From positions 117,304,001-117,368,000 of the forward strand of contig CM068743.1 in assembly GCA_035084275.1 (NCBI GenBank): 64,000 nt of DNA. The letters are read 5' to 3'. Below the pieces are notes generated by a model. The model saw only the letters and a list, made by a program, of their open reading frames with translations, was not told where the DNA came from and ran no database searches. Origin of the DNA: Hydrolagus colliei (lineage: Eukaryota). The translations under genes were made by a program, and so were the position numbers. The first letter of the stretch is position 1. Each line of letters opens with the position of its first letter. Below are positions 1 through 12,637 of the stretch, one piece after another.

Positions 1-52
1 ATTATTATGATATTTGGTAATCAATCTCAGCATTTTTTCCTTCTTTTCACAG

Positions 53-132
53 AGGATATAAAGAGAGGAAATAGCTGTCAGTCAGACAGTAGTGGATTTC
101 TAGAGGAACCATTCATCCCCCTATCTCTGCAG
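53..132 (+). CDS. ITPRID1: ITPRID1/CCDC129 internal coding exon (gene begins upstream of the window)
   Basis: Polypyrimidine tract plus AG at 51-52, donor GTATGA at 133. Translates (x)DIKRGNSCQSDSSGFLEEPFIPLSLQ; SCQSDSSGFLEEP is a motif I recognise from ITPRID1/ITPRID2 (SSFA2/KRAP). Ends in phase 0. Confidence 0.88.
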
Positions 133-454
133 GTATGACAATGACCTTATTCTACTTGCAACACAATATTCGTTCAAAGTATACCACAGAAATGCAGAAT
201 GAATGCTACCAGTGTTCATACTTTGATTCCAGCCACTTCACAACAATCTTACATGGCACACAATAAGTAATTGTTTTTTTGAGCTCTGCTCCTGTCTAGT
301 ATACCTATAGAACTAAGACATTGTGGATTAGTTCATGTGAATTTCATAAACTGAGATGACCCAACCTTCTTCTTGTCATCATGCCATCTTGACATTCTAC
401 CCCTTCCAAGTACTGTACAGTACCACATACTTCAGTAAACCCAGATCAATATTT

Positions 455-790
455 TAGAATATATCATGACACTAGAACAAGAGGGTACATGTTTAGAATT
501 GGAAAGTGCAATTACGGGACAGATAACCAGGAAGTTTTTCTTTAGCAGAAGGTAATCAACGATTGGAAAAATGGTAGAGGCCAGCAGATTGGATGTGTTT
601 AAAAAGCAGCTTGCTGCTGTGATTGTGGGATGGAGGGTAAGGATGAGATTGGATAGGCCGAGAGTCTTTCTTTATCCAGACCAATCGTATGATCTTGTAA
701 CATGAACTTTATATCAGCCTTGATTGAATGGCGGGGCAGGCTCAATGGGCCGAATGGCCTACTCCTGCTCCTATTTCTTATGTTCTTATC
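455..790 (+). mobile_element. CR1-type LINE 3' fragments
   Basis: Typical CR1 3' end GGGCCGAATGGCCTACTCCTGCTCCTATTTCTTATGTTCTTAT. Confidence 0.7.
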
Positions 791-844
791 CACAATGATG
801 CTCCAAATCTCTGTACTCAGCTGCTGTGTACTCAACACTGACAT

Positions 845-1140
845 TCTGTAGCTCAGTGGTTAGAGCACTCACCGAGAAATCGAGAAACCTGGGTTCGATT
901 CCAGGCAGGGTGAAACCTTGGGCAAGTTTCTTTACTCCACATGCCTACTAATAATCCCGCCAAAAAAAATTGGTCAATTCAATCCATGACTGGTTGTGGG
1001 ACACTGCTAGGTACAATTGGCTGCCACATTTGCCCACAAAAATACGGTCAATTCAATTTACTGTATTTTCTGTGAAGCGCTTTGAGACATCTAGAAGATG
1101 TGAAAAACGCCATATCAAATGCAAGAATTATTATTATTAT
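845..1140 (+). mobile_element. tRNA-headed Deu-domain SINE (elephant-shark SINE2-like), near full length
   Basis: A box TAGCTCAGTGGTTAGAGC, B box GGTTCGATTCC, Deu-like AATTGGCTGCC core, L2-like 3' end and (TTA)n tail; many homologous copies in the window. Confidence 0.85.
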
Positions 1141-1764
1141 GAGTATTATCATTATTACCAGACTTCGATGGCAACAAATTATCAAGAACATTGATTTGAA
1201 TATCCTTGTTTTTATTTGAAAGAAGTTACTCTTAGTGTTCTGGGCAAGAATGCCCCATATACAATTGTTCATTCACTTGGCCACATTTGCCTACCAAATA
1301 CAGTCATTACACTTTATAGTACATCTTGTAAAGCACTTTGAAATTTTCTCCCAATGTGAAAGGCTTCATATTCAATGTAAGGATTGCTATTTTATTATCT
1401 TTAATTCCTTTCCCCTCCTACATATGGAAACTTCTCCAGCCCTATGCTTCTGTTCTCCAGTCCTCTATTTGCAATTGAATGCTCATTTCCCATTTGTTCT
1501 GTCCCACCATTGGTGGCAAAGCTCATACTATTGTGCTCTAGTCTGCTGGAATTCTCCTTCAAAACCTCATTGTTTTATTTTCTCTCTGACCATGTACAAA
1601 ACTTCTCAAAAAAACAATTTCTCTTCAGACCTGACTAGTAAACTTAATTTTCCTTCCTCTCCTCTGCTTGGTGCTCCCTGTCATAATTGTTAAGCATTTC
1701 AAGACAGTCAATCTGTGTGTGAGATGCTACATTGCAAGTTTTTGTTGTTGTCCAACCTTTTCAG

Positions 1765-2748
1765 GCTCCACGACCCCAAAACATCAGTGATGACAGCATT
1801 GAAAGACAAGCCACGTTGCAGAAAAGTAGAAAGCAGTCAATCTTGCGCCAGGACACTGAACACAAAACAGACTCTTTTACAAAGAGCTCTAATGACAATA
1901 ATTGTACACATTCTGTAGGATCACACTTAGTTTCACCTATTTTCCAGGAAGAGAACAAATCAGATATAGAGAATGAAAATGAGGACAAGCCCAGTGAGGA
2001 AAGTATCATGGAGACAAGTAGATTTCTGGATGGAAGCAGTTGTACAGACACAAGTCAAAGTCTGGCTCCAGATAACATATCTCACTTAAATACTCGGGTC
2101 CGGGTTCAGAGTAATGATTCACAGTGCCAGAATGAATATTCTGCAATGATTAAGGGTAAGACACCGGCAACTGAGAACAATACCATCAGTGGACCCTCAG
2201 AGGCAACCCAACTTCTGCCAGACTGTGTTTCTGGTTTGAGTAATTTTATAACTATCCAAATTCCTCAAGGTATGAGTCAGCAAAAGTGCTTTACAAAATT
2301 GCATTCTTTAGAATCATTACCTGTCTCGTACCAGCATGCAAACAAAGACACAGCCCTGGAATCTGAAAATATCTTTGTAGGAAGTAGGAAAAGCAAGACA
2401 AGAGAGGTTTCAGTACAGACTGATGAAGGATATCCTGTTAAAGAAAATCAAAGTCCAAACAATTGCTCTTCATTTAAGTCTGAATTTCAATTCAGGAAAT
2501 CATTTAGAAAATCATTTTCACTAGATACTGGGCTGCATCATCTAGACAGTCACCTGCAAGAGCACGTTCAAACTCCGGCCACCCACTGCTGCTGTCACCA
2601 TTGCTGCTGTCCCCACCACTACTGCTCTCCATCATGGCACAATGAGACAAAGGTCTCATTGAAGGCTGGTACCTCACACTTGGAGGGCTATCTTCTCAAT
2701 ACCCTGGAAGAATTGCAGCAGGCAGTGAAGATGATCTCAGCATTCCCA
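1765..2748 (+). CDS. ITPRID1: ITPRID1 large low-complexity coding exon (328 codons)
   Basis: Lies inside ORF 1732-2841; acceptor TTTCAG ends at 1764, donor GTAAGT at 2749; phase 0/0. Contains KSFSLDTG and the Cys/His cluster HCCCHHCCCPHH, both reminiscent of human CCDC129. Confidence 0.88.
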
Positions 2749-3283
2749 GTAAGTTACATCGGTCATTTTATTTTGGTCAGCCAAGTGTCTGACACTTGCA
2801 GAAATCCATCACTAATGGTGAGATGTTCTCATCCTCCATAAGACTGTAGGCATTAAATCACTAGAGAGGTTTGGATGGGTAAGGCTATTTAGTCCATTTA
2901 ATCTCATATTCTAAAATACCTATCCTAATGTCCTCACCATACACCACCAAGCTATTTTTAAGCTCACAGAGGGTCAAATCCTTGAAAGTACTCAACAGTT
3001 TTTGTGCTGATCCCAATGTTTAGTTTTCTTAAAGGTGGTACAGAACTTAGTGATGCACAGATCTGTCCATAATATGAGCTTTATACAGCTTGTACTTTGA
3101 AGTATTTTTTATTGAATAATCAAAATATTTTGAATTAAAGCTTTGATGGGTGAGATGTCTATCACAAAGAATGCATTTAGGAATGTTCTTTAATTAAAAC
3201 ACTTAACTTTACATATTGAATTGCTTCAGGTCTCCCATTTCTCCGCAGGGTGGGTTGGTTGAGTGAGTTTTATTCATTTGCAA

Positions 3284-3550
3284 GGAGTATTAATGGGCAA
3301 GAGTATTAATGGCAAAGTGTATTAATGGGCAAGGTATTCATTGTGAGGGGTATTAATGGTGAAAGGGTATTAATAGACAAGATGTATCAATGGATAAGGG
3401 TTATTAATGGGCAAGGTATAATTAGCAACAGGTATCAATGGGTGAGATGCATAAATGGATTATATATATTAATTGGTGGGGTGGATTAATGGACAAGGTG
3501 TATTAATAGGCATGGTATTCAAGGGTGAGCGGCGAGAGATATTAGTGGGC
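3284..3550. repeat. Degenerate minisatellite, unit ~GTATTAATGGGCAAG
   Basis: About a dozen imperfect copies visible at ~17-20 bp spacing in an ITPRID1 intron. Confidence 0.75.
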
Positions 3551-4107
3551 TCATTGTAAACCTATGTCCTCTTGCTGCATTTGAAAGTGTTGTTTATTTT
3601 TTCAAACCCCATTTTAAATGTTACACATATCTATAAGGACCCCTCTGAGATGTCTTTACGCGGGATGCAAGTCCCCTAGCTTGTCTCTCACACTGCTCTC
3701 CTCTGCTGTGCCTCTGGAGCATTTTATACTCATTCCCCAATTAAGGAATGGAACATATTTACAAATGTCACAATTTTGCCAGCCAAATTATGCCATAATA
3801 TGTTTCCTCACAATATGTCATCCGTGTCTCACAGATGTACTTATAGGCCAAGTGCAAACAGAAATCAAGTGTCTCTTTAGCCAGTGAGTACAATGTGGCA
3901 CTATTTTGAAAGGTGTTAATCTATACTGTAAAAATGTTTTTGAGAAATCCCTTTCCTCTTGCCCATCTCCAGGCGGTTGTTCTTTGAGGAACATTTCAAA
4001 TTAACAGGCAGATAGGACGTTAGTTTAACATCCCACCCAAAGGACATTTAATCACATCCTATATTGACCTCTTTCCCCAATAACTCTTGTCCCTTTTGAA
4101 TTCTCAG

Positions 4108-4235
4108 TTGGCCGTTCAGGAAATCGTAACCACAAAACAATTTCTGCAGCATTTTCAGAATCGGCTGCTGGACATTGAGCAGCGTATCACTGAGCAGCAG
4201 GCTTTAGTCTACAGCATCCTTAGTGAGGATGAGAG
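4108..4235 (+). CDS. ITPRID1: ITPRID1 coding exon, SSFA2_C-type coiled coil (part 1)
   Basis: TTCTCAG acceptor, GTATGT donor. Translates LAVQEIVTTKQFLQHFQNRLLDIEQRITEQQALVYSILSEDE(R), matching the family pattern IEQHLxxQQAL..MSEEER; phase 0 to phase 2. Confidence 0.9.
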
Positions 4236-4449
4236 GTATGTGTAACATCTTTAAAGTTGTGGATATCATGTAAATTTATAATTTACATTGCTAAGAATGA
4301 CTTGTCCTCATGACGTGAAAGGTGCTTTATAAGTGTAATTTTGTTGTTTTCATAGAATGTTTGTCTTAGAGATAAAATCCAGAAGAGACTCTATTTTCAT
4401 CACATCACATTAAAGGTTATAAATAATAGTTTATAATAATAAATTATTA

Positions 4450-4760
4450 CAATAATAATAATCATTGAATTTAGTATTGCGCCTTATCACATCAAAAAAA
4501 ATTCTCAAAGCACTTCGCAGGATCTACTGTAAAATGGAGTGACTGTATATTTGTGGGCAAAAGTGGGAGCACAATTACATATAGCAATGTCCCACAAACA
4601 GCCGTGAAACAATTTTATTTGGGGGATTGTTGGCCAGGCCATTCCGGTAGATTTGTTTCTCTTTGGGAATACTGGCATGGGATTGTTAATGTGTGGTTTA
4701 ACATCTCATCTGAAAAATGGCACCTACGATGCAACACTCCCCCAGCCCTGGCATTGTAAT
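4450..4760 (-). mobile_element. Deu-domain SINE fragment
   Basis: (TAA)n tail on the left followed by the reverse complement of the SINE 3' and central regions. Confidence 0.65.
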
Positions 4761-5619
4761 ATCTCTGAATTCATTGATGTGAGCACAGTGCTATTTCTGC
4801 TTTTCTTCATGAATTTGCACCAAATTGTTCTGAAGAATGCAAATTTTGTATGTTGAATTTAATTCTTCAGTTGATATATAACATTATTTTGTAATTGAAT
4901 ATTGTAAATTTGTATTGCTGCTATTTATAAATACATGGAATAGCATTTTAGCAATGGAGCATTACAATCATGATAATACAACAACTTGCATTTATATCAT
5001 GGTCTTCATGGGGGGCATCATCTCAGAGCACTGATGATAATAAGCCTTGCATTTAACATAGCACCTTTCATGTCAGAATAATTTATCAGATAAAATTGTC
5101 TTTCACTTCTTGGCTGTTTATGGGAATTTGTGGTGTGCCTACATTTCCCTACAAAATACACCACACTTTACAGGAAAATCCTCTGAAGCACTTTGAGACG
5201 TCCTTCTGATGTGCAAGGCGCTAATAAGGATCATTATTGTAATATATTGATTTAGTGAAACCACGAGCAGTTAACCGTTGGACTGGATGGACTCAAAGCC
5301 AGTTCTCAGAAATGAAAGATTAGTGTCCTAACCTGCCCAGTTCTTCAAATACATCAGTAAGTTGACAGAGTCTTGTGGCACTTGTCAAAAAATGAAGGGT
5401 GTTTCTTCCAGTGTCAGGGCCAATAATCCCCTTGTAGTGTGCTATCACATTTGACCCAAATCAGTGATTAATACCAATAAACCTTGCATTTGATGTAACA
5501 CTTTTCACATCTTCTAGATGTCTCAGAGAGCTTCACAGAATATACTGTAAAGTGAATTGACTGGACATATGTATCTTTAAGATACCCTCCTGACATAGAA
5601 GGCACTGTACCAAATGTAA

Positions 5620-5692
5620 TTATATATATAATCATGACTATAATATAATTATATTATAATATAATATAATTATATAATAATATAATATAATG
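5620..5692. repeat. AT-rich (TATAA)n-like simple repeat
   Basis: Directly visible. Confidence 0.8.
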
Positions 5693-6124
5693 ATGTAGCG
5701 CACATTTCAAGTCATAAGAACATATCAATGCTCTTCACAAGATTTACTCTGTATAGTATCTGTTGATTTTGTAGGAATATAGGAACAATAGTTCCTATAT
5801 TCCTATTATAGGAATATATTCAACCCTTTGAGCCTGTTCCACCATTTAATTAGATAATGGCTGATATGAACCTCAACTAATTATTTCAATTGCAATTTCC
5901 CACTTTCTCCCTGTATCCCTTAACACCCTGACATACTCAAAATTTATCAACCTCACTCCTGAAGGTGTGAATGGATCCAGCATCCACTACCTTTTGCGGG
6001 AGAGAATTCTAGATTTCCAGAAGATGACATCACACATCGGATAGTATTTTGTGGGGAATTAGGGATGGAGGAATGACCAGGTTGTGTGTATTTATTTAAG
6101 CCATGTATATATTTTTTATGATAG

Positions 6125-6236
6125 GGAGGAAATGAAACGGCTGGGGAAACTACACCAGGAAGTGCACAACGAGATCACAGAGTTGGAGGTTCAGCTTGAG
6201 GATCGGGCTCGGCAAGTTGGAGAAGGAATGAGAATG
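6125..6236 (+). CDS. ITPRID1: ITPRID1 coding exon, coiled coil (part 2)
   Basis: TTTTTATGATAG acceptor, GTACAG donor. Translates (R)EEMKRLGKLHQEVHNEITELEVQLEDRARQVGEGMRM, similar to CCDC129 ELEFQLGDRAQQIREG; phase 2 to phase 0. Confidence 0.9.
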
Positions 6237-7408
6237 GTACAGTGAATTGCTCCTGATTTTGTTTTTCACTAGATAGTTTAATAGAGTTTACAATTTTATT
6301 GAGCTGTGGTGTATGTAACAATGATAATATTCCTCTAATTTAATATAGCACCTTTCACCCCAGAGAGGATGTCTTCACAGTAAAGTGTAGTGACAGTTTG
6401 GCAGGTGAATATGACAATCAATTTATGGACAGCCATATGTCACAAATAGCCATGATCATAGAATCATAGAATTTTACAGCACAAAAGGAGGCCATTTGTC
6501 CCATCATGTCTGTGCTAGCTCTTTGAAAAGAGCTATTCAAAGTCAATCCCACTCCCCAGCTCTCAGAATCCTCGGCTGATGTGAGTGATCAATTCTATTT
6601 GGAGTTTGTTGGCCAGACTTGGCAATTGAAACCACAACCTTCTGCCTCAGAGAAGTGAGCTAGGCTAACATGCTGTTTATTGATTGAAATAATGCAGAAT
6701 AGGGTTAAAAGAAAAAGTAAAATGACAGTGAGTAAGGTAATGAAAACTCCTTCTAAAATAGCTATTTACAATAGATTACAATATTTGAAATAATGTATTA
6801 TTATTAATGATGTTCCCAGCTTAGACATTTTACTTTGTAAGATTTACTTGCCTGGCATTTCGCCTACAAACACACAGGATATACTTTACAATATATCCTG
6901 TGAAATGCTTTGAGAAATCTTACCAGTGCAAATTGAACCATATCAAATGTCATTGTTATTGTTGAATTTTTCTTTCCATTGCTTACCTCTTCACAGTTAA
7001 TTCCAAACCTAGCCAAACCTTTCTACTGCGCTGCTTCGTGTCTTATTGTTTACAATTGTTTTTAAATTTGTCTGTCATACCATAGAATTTGCAGCACAGA
7101 AAAAGCCCATTCGTCCCATCGTGTAGGTGCTGGCTCTCTTAAGAGCAATGCTTCCAGTTCCATTTAGCTGTCTTTTCCCCATACTCCCGTAGGTTATGCC
7201 TTTTTAGGTATTTATCCAATCTCCTTTTGAAAGCAAATGTAGATTGTGTCTCAACCACCCTTCCCAATAGGTCATTCTATATCGTAGCTATGGTGTACAT
7301 GATAAACTTCTCCTAATCTCCCCTATTTGCTTGTTTGCTGTGGACTGTACCTTCATAAATTGAATTACAATAAACACATCTATCCTGAATTTTTGGTTTA
7401 TTGTTTAG

Positions 7409-7753
7409 CAGCTGCAAACATTGCTCGTGGAACAGTCCCTGTTTTACTCGTCTCTTGAAAAGCCCAAGAAAGTGAGTGAAATGACATCAGAAAGTTACGC
7501 CGAATCATCACCTAGCGGACGCAATTCAACAACTTCACTGAGACCAAACTTCACATCAGTATCTTTGCTCCCTTCACAAGACCCTGGCTCCAGTGCAGTA
7601 GCAGGACACAGTGAAGTAAATTCAATTTCTCCTTCAACGACACTGAAAGCTTCCACTGAAATTACCACGACTGCCAAACCAAACATGGAGAGTAGTTCAT
7701 CTCAGCAAAACAAGCAACCAGAAACACTGGGTATTCAAGCCATCCTCCAAAAT
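7409..7753 (+). CDS. ITPRID1: ITPRID1 penultimate coding exon (Ser/Thr-rich)
   Basis: TTTAG acceptor (NAGNAG, alternative start 7412), donor GTAAGA at 7754. 115 codons QLQTLLVEQSLFY...GIQAILQN in the frame of ORF 7421-7801; phase 0/0. Confidence 0.82.
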
Positions 7754-8709
7754 GTAAGAGTGCTGTTTTTTTTTAATTTTCTCATTTTCAATAAATTGTA
7801 AATGCTTCAAATTTAACTGCTCAGTGTCAGCTAAAATAAAGATAAATGGTCCTCTGAAGAGTTTGTTACAGACCCCGTGAAAGTGCACACTATTCTGTTT
7901 CTTAGAAGTACAGTACTTAACAAAGAATTGACACAGAATTTGGGATCTTCCTTATGAGACTAAGATTTCAAATGTGCTTGAGACTGACCCTCCACACACT
8001 GTTACCAGCCATGACTACCACTGTGAACCAGACAAGTGTGTTTAACATGCAGATCACAGCTTTTGAAAACTCCTTGCATTTGATATAGCACTTTTCACAT
8101 CTTATTGACGAATGTTGGTTAGTGGGATAGCAACCTTTTTCTGAGCAGAGGGCCGTAATTTCAGATGTTCTCTGCGCGATTCAGCTTCAGAGATGACAGC
8201 ATTGAGAACAATCCACCACCATCTGGATAATTTCTACTTAACAACTAGGGGTTCATATTAGGTCCACTCCATAAATATTTTTTTCTCTCACTCAGAGTTC
8301 ATCTTGAGAGATCTGCCTTGAGAGATCTGAGTCACCCACCCTCCTCTGCCTTGTGCTACCAATTAAAATTTCAGTGTTTTACAGTAAGAGTAGCAGAAAC
8401 AGTGCAGCCCAGGTATTCTTCCCTCAGGGAAGGACACCTTCCATAAATTATAATAATAATAATAATCTTTGCATTTGGTATAGCACCTTATCACCTCTTC
8501 AAGAGTCTAAAAGCGCTTCACAGAATATACTGTAAAATGAATTGACTGTATATTTTGAGGCAGAAGTTCTATGCAGATACAGTGTGAAGCCAACTTCAAT
8601 ATCATTTTTAATAATAATCCTTGTCTTTGATGTTACAATTTACATCTTTGAAGTGCATCAAGGGGCTTCACAGAATATACTGTAAAGTGAATTGACTGTA
8701 TATTTTGTG

Positions 8710-9050
8710 GGCTAAGGTTGGCAAGAGCCTAGGTATGGAGACACCATGAAGTGGGTTAGGGTACTGCTAGAGTCTAACCAGCTAAAACCGAATAGCTTAC
8801 CATTAATATCACTGTCTGGAAAGATGTCCTGCTGCTTGTCAAGCACCTTACTATTAAGCCTTTGGCTTGAAGAGTTACCAGGAAATGACTGGGATGATTC
8901 CCTGTGGCCAGTGTTTGGTCTACCCTTACAGGTCCTGAGTTGTCATCGGCAGTTCCCTGGAATACAGTAGACCTGCCTGGATCAGGAACTGAACTACTGA
9001 GACTGCCACAGAGAGTAGGCTCGATTCCAACACTTTTGCCTGTTGACAAG
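8710..9050 (-). repeat. Old dispersed repeat (unnamed family A), copy 1
   Basis: Reverse complement aligns by eye with 20200-20680 and 40020-40300 (GACAAGCAG...TTTTAGCTGGTTAGACTC.AGCAGTACCC). Confidence 0.65.
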
Positions 9051-9644
9051 TGAGTTTGGCTGTTAAATGGGAATTTTGTGATTTACACTGAGACATTATT
9101 GATAGACACCACCACCTTGTGTCATAAGGCTTGTAGTGCAACAACAAGAGGAGGGCTTTCAGTCCGTCAAGCTTACTCTGCCAGTATATTAAATCAGCAT
9201 TTCCTTTGAAAGGCATTTCCCTGCCTTTTCCTCATGAGCCTTGGAATCTTGACATTCTAAGAATTTATATTTCTTTCAAACATTGATTTAAACATTATTA
9301 TACCATCAGTGGGTGATTCACCATCCTGTCCCAAATACTGACTGGGAGGCTTCCCGCTGCTTTTCTAGCAAGGACCACCCCACTCTCACATTCACATAAG
9401 AAAAATACACATGGAGTTCTATCACATGCCGATAGCCAACACTAATAATCTTTTAATTGCAAGTTTATAATGACAGTATCAATGTAAACCTCACTGGTAC
9501 GTGAAGAAGTCCATTCTTCACTGTATTTTATTGAGCCGAAGCAGTGATTGTAAATTCCATGATGGAACAAGTGGATTGTTTTGACTGTCCACCTGTTCTA
9601 TAGTGATTTGTGATCCGGTGTCTAAATTTTGATCATTTAGATCA

Positions 9645-9995
9645 TTCTCACCTCGCAACAGAGAGGACCTGGGTTTGTTCCCGGGCAGGGCAAATAGTTT
9701 GGCAAGGTTCCTCACTCTGTACGCTTATTTACCTAGCAGGAAGCAGTTTATTGTTCGTTAATTGGTAGTTCACTTTTCCAGGAATAATAATCGCTTCAAA
9801 ATAATAAATATATATTTTTTAAATTGGGTCACTCATTCCATGATTGTTTGTGGGACAATGCTGTGCACAATTGGCAGCTGTGTTTCACCCACAAAATATA
9901 CAGTCAATTTGCTTTACTGTATATTCCTCGAAGCACTTTGAGATGTCTTGAATAAGACGTGATAAGGCACTATATTAAATGCAAGGATAATTATT
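9645..9995 (+). mobile_element. tRNA-headed Deu-domain SINE
   Basis: Degenerate head GACCTGGGTTTGTTCCCGGGCAGGG, Deu core, 3' tail ATATTAAATGCAAGGATAATTATT. Confidence 0.75.
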
Positions 9996-10099
9996 TGTTA
10001 CCAACTCATATAAAAATGCTTTGAACTTTCTTCAGCAGCTTTCCTTCTTGAGTGTTCCTATCCATCTATTGATATTCAACTCAATTTTTTCCCTCCCAG

Positions 10100-10165
10100 A
10101 TAAAACATTCCTTTAATCAGCTCTGGCAATCAGGCTCTGATAGAAATGGCAATGTTAGCCATTAA
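10100..10165 (+). CDS. ITPRID1: ITPRID1 probable terminal coding exon
   Basis: TTTTTTCCCTCCCAG acceptor; phase 0 gives IKHSFNQLWQSGSDRNGNVSH* (TAA 10163-10165), resembling the IKES/LKKSF-type start of the last exon in this family. Confidence 0.68.
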   Translation: MKHSFNQLWQSGSDRNGNVSH

Positions 10166-11947
10166 AGTTTGCTCAGACAACATTCTGAAGGTGAGCTTTT
10201 TTTTAAATTCTCTCTACAGGCAAGTGTCGATTTTTTTGAAAAAAAAATTGTTTTTTTTATCCAATACGCTAGGCCCAAAGCCTGCAAGATTGTCAACAAC
10301 GACAACAGCAGAATTACATTTGTATAGCACCTTTCCCATTGGGAGGATATCCCAAAGGCCAACTCTATAGAATTAACCTGGACTCTCCCTGGAATTAAAA
10401 ATTAATCTCCCAGACACTGCTGCGAGCAACTCAAGAGAAAAATCTAAATGGATTTTTGGCCTCCTTCGGTGGCTTTAAGTTTATATCTGTTTCCTTTATC
10501 TTCCGCTTCGCCTTTTCCCTTCATTCTCTATGCCATTTCACACCATATGTCATGTCATGTGTTGGAACCTCCCAGAAAAGGTCCAACCAAAGTTGGTAAC
10601 TTTACCTCCAGGGTGATTGTTAAACTGAATATTTTGACTGAGGAAAGCATGGATTTTGGTCGTCCCAAAAAGATAAATACCAGGAAAGGATGATTTATCC
10701 TCTGAAAACTCAATGTAACGTCTAAAATTTACAAACATAAGGAAAACTCGTTTCAGAGTCAAACAAAATGGCCGTGCTAGAAACCCTGGACAGAAACAAA
10801 TCACTTGCCTGAAGAGGGGTGTGCCACCTACTGGAAGTTATAAAAATCTGTAAAATAAGGAAAGGAAACTGCAGAATTGCTGCAAATTTTATTTTATAGA
10901 AAATCCTATCAGAAACGCACACTGATTTGGGGACGAGCAAAATATCATCTTTGTAGTGCCTGCATAAAGTTCTTGTTTTTTGTGTTAAAGAGGCCTTGTC
11001 TTCCTAACATTTTATAATCTTTATAAGTAGTTTAGCAGCCTGTGTCCTCTGCTCTGTTTTTGGCACTGAACTGTATTCAATATTTTCATGTTGAGTCTTT
11101 CAAAAATTCCTCAAGGTGTGCCATGCTCCCTATTTGGTATCAGCTTTAAATTACAGTCACTCCACTTTACAATATAGGCTATGAAGCACTTGGGATGTCC
11201 GCCTGATGTGAAAGTCTGTTTACCTAATGTAAGGATTATTAGTGTTTTGCTTGTTATTATCAGCAGCGATTCTGACATATTTTCCTCAATTCCCAAATCC
11301 AGATCGTTTATGTATTAAATCCATAAAACAACAGTGAGCTGGCATTCCCAGGTTCAGACCCGACCACAGTGAGTTGGGGGGAAATCACACCTGCAGCCAG
11401 TTTAGTTATCAGCTCGTCTATTGCTGGCATTCTTAAGGATGCAACAGTTAGCACCAGAGATAAACAAACAGCAAATGCCTGAATTTCCATCCCTAAGTTT
11501 TGTAATATTAAAATGAATGTCATTTTTTCCCCCTGCAGATTTTCACATTGATCTTGATGCCCATTATTGAACGTCCATCCATGCAGTGGGAGTGGAATCT
11601 GTGGGGTTTCCTGGATGCAATGAATAAGCCAGACTGACCTGAACATCACAACAGCTGATCCACTCCTCATTAACCTCAATGAATTCACAGCCACTTTACT
11701 TTGACATTCTCTGAACTTTCAGTCAAGGATGCATTCTAATTGCTGAATACATTATGCAGCAAAAATGAATTCATCCTAAAGTTTAAACTAATGCTTTAAC
11801 ACTAAAATCATATGGGACATTTACCTAATTTATAACTATCGACTATCACTGGTAACACCAGCACTTTAAAGTTGTTAATCTATTCCCCACCAGTCAGCTG
11901 TAATGTTCTAAATCCAACATTATTCTAAGTTGAATGTAACACACTGT

Positions 11948-12008
11948 AATAAAGCTTGATAAATCTAAATGCATTGTTAGGAAATTATTTTATTTAGACA
12001 GCAATAAA
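11948..12008 (+). terminator. Candidate polyadenylation signals for ITPRID1
   Basis: AATAAA at 11948-11953 and 12003-12008, the second followed by T-rich sequence; position inferred relative to the last exon. Confidence 0.4.
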
Positions 12009-12637
12009 AGTTTTCCTTTTGTCAAATCTACAGCTGAACTATCCCTGCAGTTATTTCCTTTGGAAAAAAATATGACACATCATTGTGCAACAGCTTGGAA
12101 ATCATCAAGATTTAAATCAATATGATTGGTGTGAAGCCTCCTCTTGAATGCGTAAAACCTCTCCCAGCTGTGAAGCCCCTATCAATCACTGGATTCAACA
12201 CACTAGGAATTGAACCTGCAACAATTTGCTTTTGGTCAGTGGGTGTCTGACATGGAGACCCATCACCATGCTTAAGAGTTTCCAAATTGGATCCTCTAAG
12301 TCGGTAGGGAGTGCACCATGGAAATGATCTTGTGTGTGGAATGGACACACTTTCAAACTAGATGATGTCTTCACGTGGCAACACTTTTCAGATTCATTCT
12401 GTAATCTATAAATAATAATAGTCCTTGTATGTGACATAGTCTATAATGTTGACATTGGCTGTAAAGTGCAGCAGTCAATTTCTGAATAGTAATGTCCTAA
12501 AAGCAGTGGCATGAGCTAGGTTTTGAAACTCTGTGTCAGTGTTTGTGTATGTGTGTGTGTATGCAACTGTGTGACAGACTACTAGTGGCATCAACACCCT
12601 GCCTCATACCTCCTGCTTTTACTCCCTTGCTGCTATT

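Noticed and set aside
845-915. tRNA-like sequence with A and B boxes (also near 25083, 33780, 42928, 46730, 63620)
   Set aside because: Each runs into the same SINE body and tail and has degenerate stems; these are SINE heads, not tRNA genes.
1732-2841. 369-aa ORF as a stand-alone gene
   Set aside because: Its non-ATG start and its stop lie outside the splice sites; it is one internal ITPRID1 exon (1765-2748).
3284-3550. CRISPR-like repeat-spacer array
   Set aside because: Vertebrate intron, degenerate short units, no regular unique spacers and no cas genes.
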